The notes beneath the pieces are model-generated. The model was not told where the DNA came from and ran no database searches. It saw only the letters and a program-made list of their open reading frames with translations. The position numbers and the translations under genes were made by a program. Shown piece after piece: positions 32,372 through 41,446 of a DNA stretch of 64,000 nt (positions are counted from its first letter, which is position 1; the number at the start of each line of letters is the position of its first letter). The stretch comes from Planctomycetota bacterium (lineage in GTDB: Bacteria; Planctomycetota; B15-G4): NCBI GenBank assembly GCA_038212275.1, contig JBBQUR010000009.1, positions 32,001 to 96,000 on the forward strand, read 5' to 3'.

Positions 32372-34270
32372 CTACGGCACGTCGGCGCGCAGGGCGTTGC
32401 TCAGCGCGATGCCTTGCGGTGCGCCGGCGTCGGCGATGCCCCACTGGAAGAAGAGGCTCATGCCCGACGCGCCCGCCGGCCAGCTCGGCAGCGGGATCAC
32501 GATCTGGCCCGCGGGGTCCGTCGCGAAGGACAGCGAGAACATCGGCGGCACCGTGAGCAGCGTGCCGCCCTTGAACGGCGTCGGCGTGCTGGACAACGAG
32601 AGGTACAGCACGCTCAACGCCGACGGCGCCGCGTTGAAGAGCGCCACGGTGGCCGGCTGGCCCACCAGCAGGCTGCCCGTGCCGACGAGTTGCGGCGCGC
32701 CGGAGTTGCCGGGCAGCGCGAAGCCGAGGTCCGTCCATGGTCCGCCGCCCGCGCCACCGACGACGATCGGCGCGTACTGCGCCGCGTTGCCGACCGAGTC
32801 CGTGCCCGTGCAGGTGATCGACACCTCCGTCGTGCCGGCGGGTGTCGGAATGGCGATGCGGAACAGGCCCGCGCCCATCGGCGTCGCGTCGCCGCTGCCG
32901 CTGCCGCTCGGCAGCAGCGTGTAGCTGAAGGCGAGCGTGCAGCGGATGTGTCCGTCGTCGCTCACCGCATCGGCGAGCTGCAGCTTCACGAGGGTCTGCG
33001 GGTCGCCGGGCATTGCGGGGACGTAGGCCTTCACGAGGAGCGGCGCGCGCGTGTCGGCGGGGCCCGCGTTGTCGTAGACCTTGTTGGTGAAGTTGCCGGA
33101 TTCGCCCTGGCCCGTCACGACGTCATAGTCGCCGTCGCCGTCGAGGTCCGCGACGCCGAAGTCGAGCGTCGAATCCGAGATGGCCTGGAACTCGCCGGTG
33201 AAGTACGTGAAGGTGCCGCCGTCGTTGCGGTAGGCCTTCTCCGTGCCGGCGAGCGAGCCGACGAGCACGTCGAGGTCGCCGTCGTCGTCGAGATCCATGC
33301 AGGCCATCTCGTTGTCGTCGTCGCCGTTCGGCGTGGGGAAAGTGGTCTTCGTCATCGCGGCGAGGCCGTCGTTGCGCGCCCAGCCCTCGCTGAAGCTCGA
33401 GATCGACTGCACCGCCGCATCGAAGTCGTCGTCGCCGTCGAGGTCGGTCCAGTCCATCTCGTAGGTGTTGGTGGTGCCGACGGCCTCCATCGTCCCGGTG
33501 GAGACGGTGAAGGTCCCGCTGCCGTCGTTGAGGTAGAGGATGCCGCGCTTGCCTGCGCCGCCCTTGCCGGCCAGCGCCATGTCGATGTCGCCATCGAGGT
33601 CGAAGTCGAGCAGCGTGATGTCCTGGCAGTTGAAGAGGTCCACGGGCATCTGCGTGGTCGTGACGTCGGTGAACACGGCGTGGCCGTCGTTGAGCAGGAG
33701 GCGCGCCTGCGCGGCGATGCCGCCGAAGGTGCCTCCGTCGTTCACGGCAAGGTCGAGATCGCCGTCGCCGTCCACGTCGCCCGTCGCGATGCAGAAGGAG
33801 CGCAGCGCGAGGGTCGGCATGTTGGTCGCGGTGACGTCGGTGAAGGTGCCGAAGCCGTCGTTGAGCAGCAGGCGCGGCGGGCTGCCGGTGGAGCCCGAGG
33901 CGTAGGCGAGGTCGGGATCGCCGTCACCGTCGAGGTCGTCGGCCACGACCATCTTGGCGTTGAAGGCGGCGACGTTGAGCTGCGCGTGCGCCGCGGTGAA
34001 GACGCCCTGGCCGTCGTTGAGGAAGAGGTGCTGCGCCAGCGCGCCCGACGCGGCCATGCCGCCGTAGACGCTGCCGTTCGCGAACAGGATGTCGACGTCG
34101 CCGTCGCCATCGACGTCCACGAGCTCCACGCCGTCGGTCCAGAGGCTCTGCGCCGGCAGCGCTGCGGCGTCGTAGGTGAACTGCTGGGCGGCGGCGGACG
34201 GTGCGAAGAAGGCGGAGAAGGCGGAGAGGGAGAGCGTGGCGCAGAGTCCGAGTGGCAGGCGAAGTCTCAT
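32372..34270 (-). CDS. Secreted FG-GAP/VCBS repeat (beta-propeller) protein
   Basis: Signal peptide; seven DxDGDGDxD-type repeats with LxLNDGxGxF; extra C-terminal domains. Confidence 0.92.
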   Translation of the reverse strand: MRLRLPLGLCATLSLSAFSAFFAPSAAAQQFTYDAAALPAQSLWTDGVELVDVDGDGDVDILFANGSVYGGMAASGALAQHLFLNDGQGVFTAAHAQLNVAAFNAKMVVADDLDGDGDPDLAYASGSTGSPPRLLLNDGFGTFTDVTATNMPTLALRSFCIATGDVDGDGDLDLAVNDGGTFGGIAAQARLLLNDGHAVFTDVTTTQMPVDLFNCQDITLLDFDLDGDIDMALAGKGGAGKRGILYLNDGSGTFTVSTGTMEAVGTTNTYEMDWTDLDGDDDFDAAVQSISSFSEGWARNDGLAAMTKTTFPTPNGDDDNEMACMDLDDDGDLDVLVGSLAGTEKAYRNDGGTFTYFTGEFQAISDSTLDFGVADLDGDGDYDVVTGQGESGNFTNKVYDNAGPADTRAPLLVKAYVPAMPGDPQTLVKLQLADAVSDDGHIRCTLAFSYTLLPSGSGSGDATPMGAGLFRIAIPTPAGTTEVSITCTGTDSVGNAAQYAPIVVGGAGGGPWTDLGFALPGNSGAPQLVGTGSLLVGQPATVALFNAAPSALSVLYLSLSSTPTPFKGGTLLTVPPMFSLSFATDPAGQIVIPLPSWPAGASGMSLFFQWGIADAGAPQGIALSNALRADVP

Positions 34271-34412
34271 GATGTGGCAGGTCCCTGATGCGTGGCCGAT
34301 GCGCCTGCCTCGCGACCCGATGCGGCGAGGGGCGGGGCGCAGTATGCCACGGTCTTTCCTGCAGGTGGAGCCGGCGCGTAGCCATTCGCTGGCCCGGCAC
34401 TATCATGTCGCC

Positions 34413-35954
34413 ATGCGCGTGCTCCTCGTCAGGTCTCCGTCGGTGCTGGGGCGCATGGCGCGCCAGAACCTGCAGCATCCGACCAATCTGCTGGGGCTCG
34501 CGAGCGAGCTGAATGCGCGCGGCCATCACGCCAGGCTGCTCGACCTCGAGGTCGTGCCCGGCGGGGCCGAGCGGCTTGCCGCGGTGCTCGCGACCGAACG
34601 GCCGGACCTCGTGGGATTCTCGGTGGTGACGCCGCATGTTCCGGGCACCGCGCTGCTGGCACGCGCCGCGCGACGCACGCTGCCCGGCGTCTTCCTCATC
34701 GCCGGCGGCCCGCACGCCACGGCGCTGCCCGCCGATCTGCTCGACGAGATCCCGGAGCTGGACGCGATCTGCGTCGGCGAGGGCGACGAATCCTTCCCCG
34801 CGGTCTGCGCAGCGCTCGATGCCGCCGTCGGCGGGCCCGCGCGCCGCGCCGCGCTGTGCGCCATCGCCGGGCTGCAACTGCGGGATGGCGCCGGCTGCCG
34901 TCCGCCGTCCGCCTCGCACTTCACCGGTCCGCGCGACGTGCTCGCCGATCTCGACGTGCTCGCGCCGATGGATCGCTCGCTGCTCGACTGGCCCGCGTAC
35001 GAGCGGCTCGCGGGGCACAAGGGCGTCGCGTCGCCGGGCGTCATCCGCAAGGGCATCCGCGCGACGCAGATCCACCTCTCGCGCGGCTGCTATGCGCACT
35101 GCGTCTTCTGCAGCACCAACCTCGTGTGGGGCGAGCGCGCCCGGCCCGGCATCCGCCGCCGTTCGCTGGCCGCCGTGCTCGAGGAGATCGACCGCGTCGT
35201 GGCCGACTTCGGCGTGAACCACCTCAACTTCGAGGACGACATCTTCCCGCCTACGCTGCATTACCTCGAAGAGCTGTGCACCGCGCTCCTGTCGCGCCGC
35301 GTGACGTGGAGCTGCAACGCCCGCGTGGACGGCCTGCGGCGCGAGCACTTCGAGCTCATGGCCGCGGCCGGCTGCGTCAAGATCGACTTCGGCGTGGAGA
35401 GCGGCAGCGAGCGCATCCTGGCGCTGAATCGCAAGCTGGTCACCGTGGAGAAGGTGCTGCACGTCTTTGCGGAGAGCCAGCGCGTCGGCATCCTGCGCAC
35501 CGCCTACCTCATGCTGGGCAGCCACGTGGACGAGACGCCTGCGGAAGTGGAGCAGACGGCGGCGCTCGCGCGGCGCATCCGGCCCGACTACATCACCTTC
35601 ACGGTCGGCTGCCCGTACCCCGGGACCGAACTGTGGCAGCAGTGCCGCGAGCGCGGCTTCCTCGCGCTGCTGCCGACGGGCCGGCCGGACTGGAAGCGCT
35701 TCGGCTACTACCCGGGCCTGCCGCCGTGGCGCTTCACGCACTTCACGCCGGAGCAGATGCTCGCGACGCAGCAGCGCGTCCTGCGGGCTTTCTACATGAA
35801 CCCCGCGTTCATGCTGCGCATGCTGACGCGCGTGCGCAGCGTGGCGCAGATGAAGGCGCTGGTCACCGCCGGCCTCGACGTGCGCCACTTCCTGGCAAGT
35901 GATGTCGGGGCGCGGCACGCGCGACGTCTCGCGGGGGCTCGCCGCGCCGGGTAG
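34413..35954 (+). CDS. B12-binding radical SAM protein
   Basis: N-terminal PDLVGFS...GGPHAT..GEG cobalamin-binding domain; SRGCYAHCVFC (CxxxCxxC); FGVESGS; PYPGT. Confidence 0.93.
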   Translation: MRVLLVRSPSVLGRMARQNLQHPTNLLGLASELNARGHHARLLDLEVVPGGAERLAAVLATERPDLVGFSVVTPHVPGTALLARAARRTLPGVFLIAGGPHATALPADLLDEIPELDAICVGEGDESFPAVCAALDAAVGGPARRAALCAIAGLQLRDGAGCRPPSASHFTGPRDVLADLDVLAPMDRSLLDWPAYERLAGHKGVASPGVIRKGIRATQIHLSRGCYAHCVFCSTNLVWGERARPGIRRRSLAAVLEEIDRVVADFGVNHLNFEDDIFPPTLHYLEELCTALLSRRVTWSCNARVDGLRREHFELMAAAGCVKIDFGVESGSERILALNRKLVTVEKVLHVFAESQRVGILRTAYLMLGSHVDETPAEVEQTAALARRIRPDYITFTVGCPYPGTELWQQCRERGFLALLPTGRPDWKRFGYYPGLPPWRFTHFTPEQMLATQQRVLRAFYMNPAFMLRMLTRVRSVAQMKALVTAGLDVRHFLASDVGARHARRLAGARRAG

Positions 35955-35965
35955 ACTCCCGCGCC

Positions 35966-36733
35966 ATGCGCATCGCCACCTGGAACGTGAACTCCATCCG
36001 CGCGCGGCTCCCTCACGTGCTGCCCTGGCTGCAGCGGGAAATGCCCGACGTGCTGTGCCTGCAGGAGATCAAGTGCCAGGACGAACAGTTCCCGCGCGAG
36101 GCGATCGAGGCGCTCGGTTACGCGATCGAGAGCCACGGGCAGAAGACCTACAACGGCGTTGCGCTGCTCTCGCTGCGGCCGATGGCCGACGTGACACGGG
36201 GCATGCCGGGCGAGCCTCCGGAGACGGGTGCGCGCGTCATCAGCGGCACGCTGGATGGCGTGCGCATCGTGAACGCCTACGTGGTCAACGGCAAGGAAGT
36301 GGGCAGCGACAAGTACGAGCTCAAGCTGCGCTGGCTGGCCGTGCTTGCGGACTTTCTGCGCGCCGAAGTCGCCTCGCACGGCAAGCTGCTGCTCACGGGC
36401 GACTTCAACGTGACCTTCGATGATCGCGACGTGTACGACCCGGTGAAGTGGCGCGACAAGATCCTCTGCAGCACGCCCGAGCGCGAGGCGCTGGCGGCCG
36501 TCATGGCCTGCGGCCTGCATGACGCCTTCCGGCACTTCACCGACGAGGCCGGCCACTACACCTGGTGGGACTTCTACACGCGCGGCTTCCAGCGCGGCGA
36601 GGGCCTGCGCATCGACCACTTCCTCGTCACGCAGCCCGCGCTGGACGCGTGCACCGGCGTGAGCATCGACGTGGAGGCCCGTCGCGGCGAGAAGCCATCG
36701 GACCACGCGCCGGTCATCGCGACGCTGGACTGA
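35966..36733 (+). CDS. xth: Exodeoxyribonuclease III
   Basis: ATWNVNSIRAR, LQEIK, YNGVA, GDFN, YTWWD, GLRIDH and SDHAPV motifs. Confidence 0.96.
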   Translation: MRIATWNVNSIRARLPHVLPWLQREMPDVLCLQEIKCQDEQFPREAIEALGYAIESHGQKTYNGVALLSLRPMADVTRGMPGEPPETGARVISGTLDGVRIVNAYVVNGKEVGSDKYELKLRWLAVLADFLRAEVASHGKLLLTGDFNVTFDDRDVYDPVKWRDKILCSTPEREALAAVMACGLHDAFRHFTDEAGHYTWWDFYTRGFQRGEGLRIDHFLVTQPALDACTGVSIDVEARRGEKPSDHAPVIATLD

Positions 36734-36846
36734 ACGCCGGATGGCGGCTTCGCGGGGGCCTGTGGCCGACGCGGCGAGGGAATCGGGAGCGGCGCGGGAA
36801 TCCAGACCTTGGCGGGCCGCGCGACGCGCGCTTAGAATCGCGCCCC

Positions 36847-37446
36847 ATGTCCAGGACACCCGTGCCGACGCTGACCGACGTGGTGGCGCAGAGCCTGCGC
36901 GACAGCTGCCGGCAGTCGCTGGACTTCGCCGGGCGTATCCGCTGCGGACACGCGGCCATCTCGGCGGCCGTCGTCGAGGGCTATGACCTGGACGAGATGT
37001 GGCGCGAGTCCGATCCGGACAAGCGCCTGGCGGGCAAGTACCGCCGCCATCAGGTGGTGACCGACGAGAGCTTCGGCTTCACCGTCGTCGTGCTGCTGTG
37101 GGAACCGGGCGCGTGCACGCCGATCCACGACCACGACACGTGGTGCGTCTTCGGCCTGCTGCAGGGCAAGCTCGAGGTCACCAACTACGGCATCGTCGAG
37201 GACGACGGCAAGGGGCCCTTTCAGATCCGCGAGGTGTCGCGCGAGACGCTGCGCGCCGGCCTGCTCGGCGACAACCGCGAGGCCGACACCGAGGTGCACC
37301 GCGTGCGCAACACCGACGGTGAGCGCTCCATCTCGCTGCACGTGTACGGCAGCGACCTGACGAAGCGCACGCTGTTCAACGGCCGCGGCATCCGCCTCGA
37401 CGGGAAGGACGGCTGCCGCGCCTTCAGCAACGCCCCGGCGTACTGA
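36847..37446 (+). CDS. Cysteine/thiol dioxygenase family cupin
   Basis: LLWEPG..TPIHDH, VHRVRN and SISLHVYG motifs (3-His facial triad plus Ser-His-Tyr). Confidence 0.85.
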   Translation: MSRTPVPTLTDVVAQSLRDSCRQSLDFAGRIRCGHAAISAAVVEGYDLDEMWRESDPDKRLAGKYRRHQVVTDESFGFTVVVLLWEPGACTPIHDHDTWCVFGLLQGKLEVTNYGIVEDDGKGPFQIREVSRETLRAGLLGDNREADTEVHRVRNTDGERSISLHVYGSDLTKRTLFNGRGIRLDGKDGCRAFSNAPAY

Positions 37447-37461
37447 CCGCGTGCAGCAGCC

Positions 37462-38595
37462 ATGAGCGGCGGCGCCGCGCTTGCGCTGTCGGTGCTGAGC
37501 GATGCAGGTCTTGCGTGGTTGCTCGTCTTCCGCCGGCGCGGGATGCCGCTCACGGCGCCGCACCTGCTGCTCGCTGCCTTCGCGGGCTTCGCCTTCGCCC
37601 TGCTGAAGGCCGCTGCGGTGGCGTTTGCCGGGAGACACCAGTTCCTCGCGATTCACGTCGTGCACAGCTTCGTGTTTCTTGCGGCGCCGGGCGTCGGCCT
37701 CCTCGTCGCGCTGGGCTGGCCGCGCCGCGCCCGGCCCGCGGCGCGCGGCACCGCGGCCTTCGCCGCGCTGCTGCTCGCGGCCATCGGCATCGACAGCAGC
37801 TTCATCGAGCCCTACGCGCTGGTCACCGAGACCGCAACCGTCGCGGTGACGCCTGAGCGCGCCGGCCGCGCGGAGCTGCTCATCGGCGTGCTGTCGGACA
37901 TCCAGTGCACGGAGGTCAGCGACTACGAGCGCGAGGCCGTGGCCCGCGTCATGGCAGCCACACCGGACCTGATCCTGCTGCCCGGCGATCTCGCGCAGCG
38001 CTTCTCGTCCGCCGAGTGGCAGGAGCTCGCGCCGTCCATGCACGAGCTGCTGGGGACGCTGCACGCGCCGCTCGGCGTCTATGCGGTGAGCGGCAACTGC
38101 GATCCGCCGGAGGTCGGCAGGGAACTCGTGCGCGGCACGGAGGTGCAGCTCCTCTGCGACGAGGTCGTGCAACGCAGCTGGCGCGACCGGCGCGTCACCA
38201 TCGCCGGGATGGATCTTGGCGTCGGGTCGGCGCGGTCTCGCAGCGTGCTCGAGCAGATGTCCGCACCCGGCGGCGACGACCTGCGCATCGTGGTCGCGCA
38301 CCTGCCGGACGTCGCGCTGCTGCTGCCGCGGGGCGGCCGGGTGGACCTCGTGGTGGCCGGCCACACGCACGGCGGGCAGGTGCAGCTCCCCTGGATCGGG
38401 CCGCTCATCACGCTGACCAGCGTGCCGCGCGAGGTCGCCGCCGGCGGCCTGCACGAGCTGAGCGGCGCGCCGATCTACGTGAGCCGTGGCATCGGCCACG
38501 AGCAGGGCGATGCGCCGCGCGTGCGCTTCAACTGCCCGCCCGAGGTCTCGCTGATCACGCTGCGGACGTCGGAGCCGGCCGTGCCCCTCCGCTGA
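37462..38595 (+). CDS. Membrane-anchored metallophosphoesterase
   Basis: N-terminal TM helices; LSDIQ, PGDL, SGNCD, AHLPD, AGHTHGGQV, YVSRGIG and RFNCPPE motifs. Two usual His positions are substituted (Q and C). Confidence 0.88.
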   Translation: MSGGAALALSVLSDAGLAWLLVFRRRGMPLTAPHLLLAAFAGFAFALLKAAAVAFAGRHQFLAIHVVHSFVFLAAPGVGLLVALGWPRRARPAARGTAAFAALLLAAIGIDSSFIEPYALVTETATVAVTPERAGRAELLIGVLSDIQCTEVSDYEREAVARVMAATPDLILLPGDLAQRFSSAEWQELAPSMHELLGTLHAPLGVYAVSGNCDPPEVGRELVRGTEVQLLCDEVVQRSWRDRRVTIAGMDLGVGSARSRSVLEQMSAPGGDDLRIVVAHLPDVALLLPRGGRVDLVVAGHTHGGQVQLPWIGPLITLTSVPREVAAGGLHELSGAPIYVSRGIGHEQGDAPRVRFNCPPEVSLITLRTSEPAVPLR

Positions 38596-38618
38596 GCGGG
38601 GCCGCGGTGCGCGACGCG

Positions 38619-38963
38619 TCAGGCCGGCAGCGCGGAGAGGTCGAAGCGGCCGTCGGCGCCGCGGCGCAGCGTCACGCGCTGCGCGATGTCGCTCTCCGCG
38701 AGGTCGCGATAAAGGTGCGGAAAGAGGGCGCCGCCACGCGAGGGTTCGGCGACGAGCTTCGATCCGAGACGCTCGGCGTGCAGCCGCAGCAGGACCAGCT
38801 CGGCGGCGTCGGCGAAGTGCACGTCGATCGTGCCGGCGAGTTGCGCGGTCCACGAGCAGTGCACGAAGCCCTCGGGGCCGACGCGCGCCGGGACGCCGTC
38901 GCGGGTGAGGTGCCAGAGCGACGGAACGGCGGGGGCCGCTCCACCGGCGTCGCCCGTGCTCAT
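38619..38963 (-). CDS. DUF952 family protein
   Basis: EGFVHCS...Q...HF and EPSRGGALFPHLY motifs. Alternative start at 38993. Confidence 0.85.
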   Translation of the reverse strand: MSTGDAGGAAPAVPSLWHLTRDGVPARVGPEGFVHCSWTAQLAGTIDVHFADAAELVLLRLHAERLGSKLVAEPSRGGALFPHLYRDLAESDIAQRVTLRRGADGRFDLSALPA

Positions 38964-38979
38964 GGGCGCGCGGAAGTCG

Positions 38980-39669
38980 TCACGAGAGGACATCGGCCAG
39001 CCGGGCCACGATGAGCGCCGACCAGGTCTCGAAGCGGCCGGGCTCGGCGCGTGCCAGCTCGGCCAGCGCGGCCGCGCTCACGAAGGAGCCTTCGAGGACC
39101 TCCGTCTCGCGGATGGCCACGTCCTTCGTCTCGCAGCGCGCCACGTTCACGAGCCCGAAGTGCACCGAACCCACGTCGCTGGAGTCGTCGTTGATGATGC
39201 CGACGGCGGAGAGCGTGTACGGGCAGCGGATGTCGATCTCCTCCTCGAGCTCGCGGCGGCAGCCGGCATCGAGCACGTCGGCCTCGCCGGCCGGCGCCCG
39301 GTGGGCGCCCGAGCTGCCCGGGCCCGGCGACACGACGCCCGCGGCATGCCCCGGGCCGTCGAGGTCCACCGGGTTGATGTGGCCGCCGACGCCGATGGAC
39401 AGCTTGCCGTGGAGGCGCGCCTCGCCGCCCTTGCCGAGGCGCTTGAGCAGCAGCACCTCGTCGCCATGCACGACCAGCGTGTACGGGATGACCTGCTTGA
39501 AGGAGGCGTCCAGCTCCGCGAAGCGGCGTTCGAGGAAGAATCCCCGGCTGCGGATGGTGGTCGTCCAGCGCGCGACGCGGTCGGCGGCATCGGGGGCGCG
39601 GGCCACGAATCCGTGAGGTGTGGCAAGGTCGAAGAGGTCGGAACGCTTGACGACGTAGACGAATTCCAT
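38980..39669 (-). CDS. Predicted NUDIX-family phosphoesterase (YmaB/COG4112-like)
   Basis: AELDASFKQVIPY, EARLHGKLSIGVGGHIN, RELEEE, INDDS..VG.VHFG and ETWS motifs. Confidence 0.85.
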   Translation of the reverse strand: MEFVYVVKRSDLFDLATPHGFVARAPDAADRVARWTTTIRSRGFFLERRFAELDASFKQVIPYTLVVHGDEVLLLKRLGKGGEARLHGKLSIGVGGHINPVDLDGPGHAAGVVSPGPGSSGAHRAPAGEADVLDAGCRRELEEEIDIRCPYTLSAVGIINDDSSDVGSVHFGLVNVARCETKDVAIRETEVLEGSFVSAAALAELARAEPGRFETWSALIVARLADVLS

Positions 39670-39710
39670 TGTGGCTATGATGCCCGGTCCGAGACGTACT
39701 TTGAAAACCT

Positions 39711-40114
<404 letters not shown>

Positions 40115-40383
40115 TTTTTTCCTGATCTTCATCGCCTGGTGCTCAAGCGCTTCGCCCGCAGGGGTTTTCCTGTCGTCATGGATTGGCAGCGGGACTTTGA
40201 GGCCTTGACGTCTCACGGAGGCGGAGATAGGTTCCGCTTCGGTCTTTCGGGTCGGGCAGAACCGGTGTGCGGATACGGGACGCTTGCCGGCGATTCGGAA
40301 GACGCTTGCTCCACTGATTCAAGCACCCAGGTCTCCCGCTCGCGACCGCAACAAGGTTTCTCACCGTGAAGTGCCGGACCGAG

Positions 40384-40677
40384 ATGCGCAATTTGTACGC
40401 CACTCTGGCCGTACTCGTGGCCCTCTCCGTGCCCGTGGCCGCCGCCGTGTTCTCGTCGGGAGCACCTGCTCCGCAGGTTGATCTCGCGCACGAACCGAGC
40501 AGAGCTTCCACGGAGCTGTGGATCTCCGGCGCCCCGCCGCCGCTCCTGATCATGCTGCTCGGCACGCTGATCGTCGCCGTGACGGTCATGCGGCACGTCC
40601 GCACGCGCCGTTCGCCGCTGACGCGGACCCTGAGCGCCAGTTTCGAGCGTCGCGCCTCGCTGCCGTCCGCGCACTGA
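40384..40677 (+). CDS. Small hypothetical membrane protein
   Basis: Signal-like N-terminus, a second hydrophobic segment, and an Arg-rich tail. Confidence 0.5.
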   Translation: MRNLYATLAVLVALSVPVAAAVFSSGAPAPQVDLAHEPSRASTELWISGAPPPLLIMLLGTLIVAVTVMRHVRTRRSPLTRTLSASFERRASLPSAH

Positions 40678-40705
40678 TCGCGCGCTGATCGCGCGCTGAT
40701 CGCGC
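40674..40705. repeat. 11-bp tandem repeat x3 (ctgatcgcgcg)
   Basis: Read directly; begins at the stop codon of the small ORF. Confidence 0.85.
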
Positions 40706-40774
40706 AGGTCGCGCCGACGGCGCGGGTTGCGTTGCCTTGCGCGTCGCTCGGCCGGGCGGGCAGCCCGCAACCCG

Positions 40775-41197
40775 TCAGGTCGCTTCGCGCTCCAGCACGC
40801 CGCGCAGGATGACCGCCGCGGCGACGGAGTCCCGCAGGCGCTTCCGATCGCTGGGCCGCAGCCCCGCACCGCTGAGGAACGCCTCCGCCTCGTCGGTGCT
40901 GAGGCGTTCGTCCTCGAACTCGATGACCAGGCCCAGGCCTTCGCCCAGCACGGCGGCGAACCTGCGGACCTCGAGCGCCATCGGACCCTCGCTGCCGTCC
41001 ATGTTGTAGGGCAGGCCGATGACGACGCGTTCGATGCCGCGCTCGCGGATCAGCTCGGACAGCAGAGCGAGGTCCGCCGCAGGTGACTTCCGCTGCAGGG
41101 CTGGCAGCGGATGGCTGGCCATGCCGAGTGCGTCGCTGACTGCCAGGCCGTGGCGCACGCGGCCATAGTCGATCGCGAGCAGGCGACGGTGTGCCAT
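40775..41197 (-). CDS. ruvX: Holliday junction resolvase-like / pre-16S rRNA nuclease (YqgF)
   Basis: LAIDYG...GLAVSD, VIGLPYNMDGSEG, DERLST and D..AAAVIL motifs. Confidence 0.94.
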   Translation of the reverse strand: MAHRRLLAIDYGRVRHGLAVSDALGMASHPLPALQRKSPAADLALLSELIRERGIERVVIGLPYNMDGSEGPMALEVRRFAAVLGEGLGLVIEFEDERLSTDEAEAFLSGAGLRPSDRKRLRDSVAAAVILRGVLEREAT

Positions 41198-41446
41198 GGT
41201 CAGCGACGGCCCCGGGGCGCCAGACAACTCGCGGCGCGGCGTTTGCGCAGCCCGCCGAAAGGCGACCGTGTCGGCGAACTCCTGTTCCGCAATCCCGCCA
41301 TCGGGAGTATGGTCGCGCAGCGTGCGACCGGAGTTCCGGCCCGCCCCCTGATGATCGACACCTGGACTGCGGCCCGAAGCCCGGAAGCAGGACGCCACGA
41401 CGCGTCACCTGCCTTGCTGTCTGCATGTTCCGGAGGGTGGCTCTTC

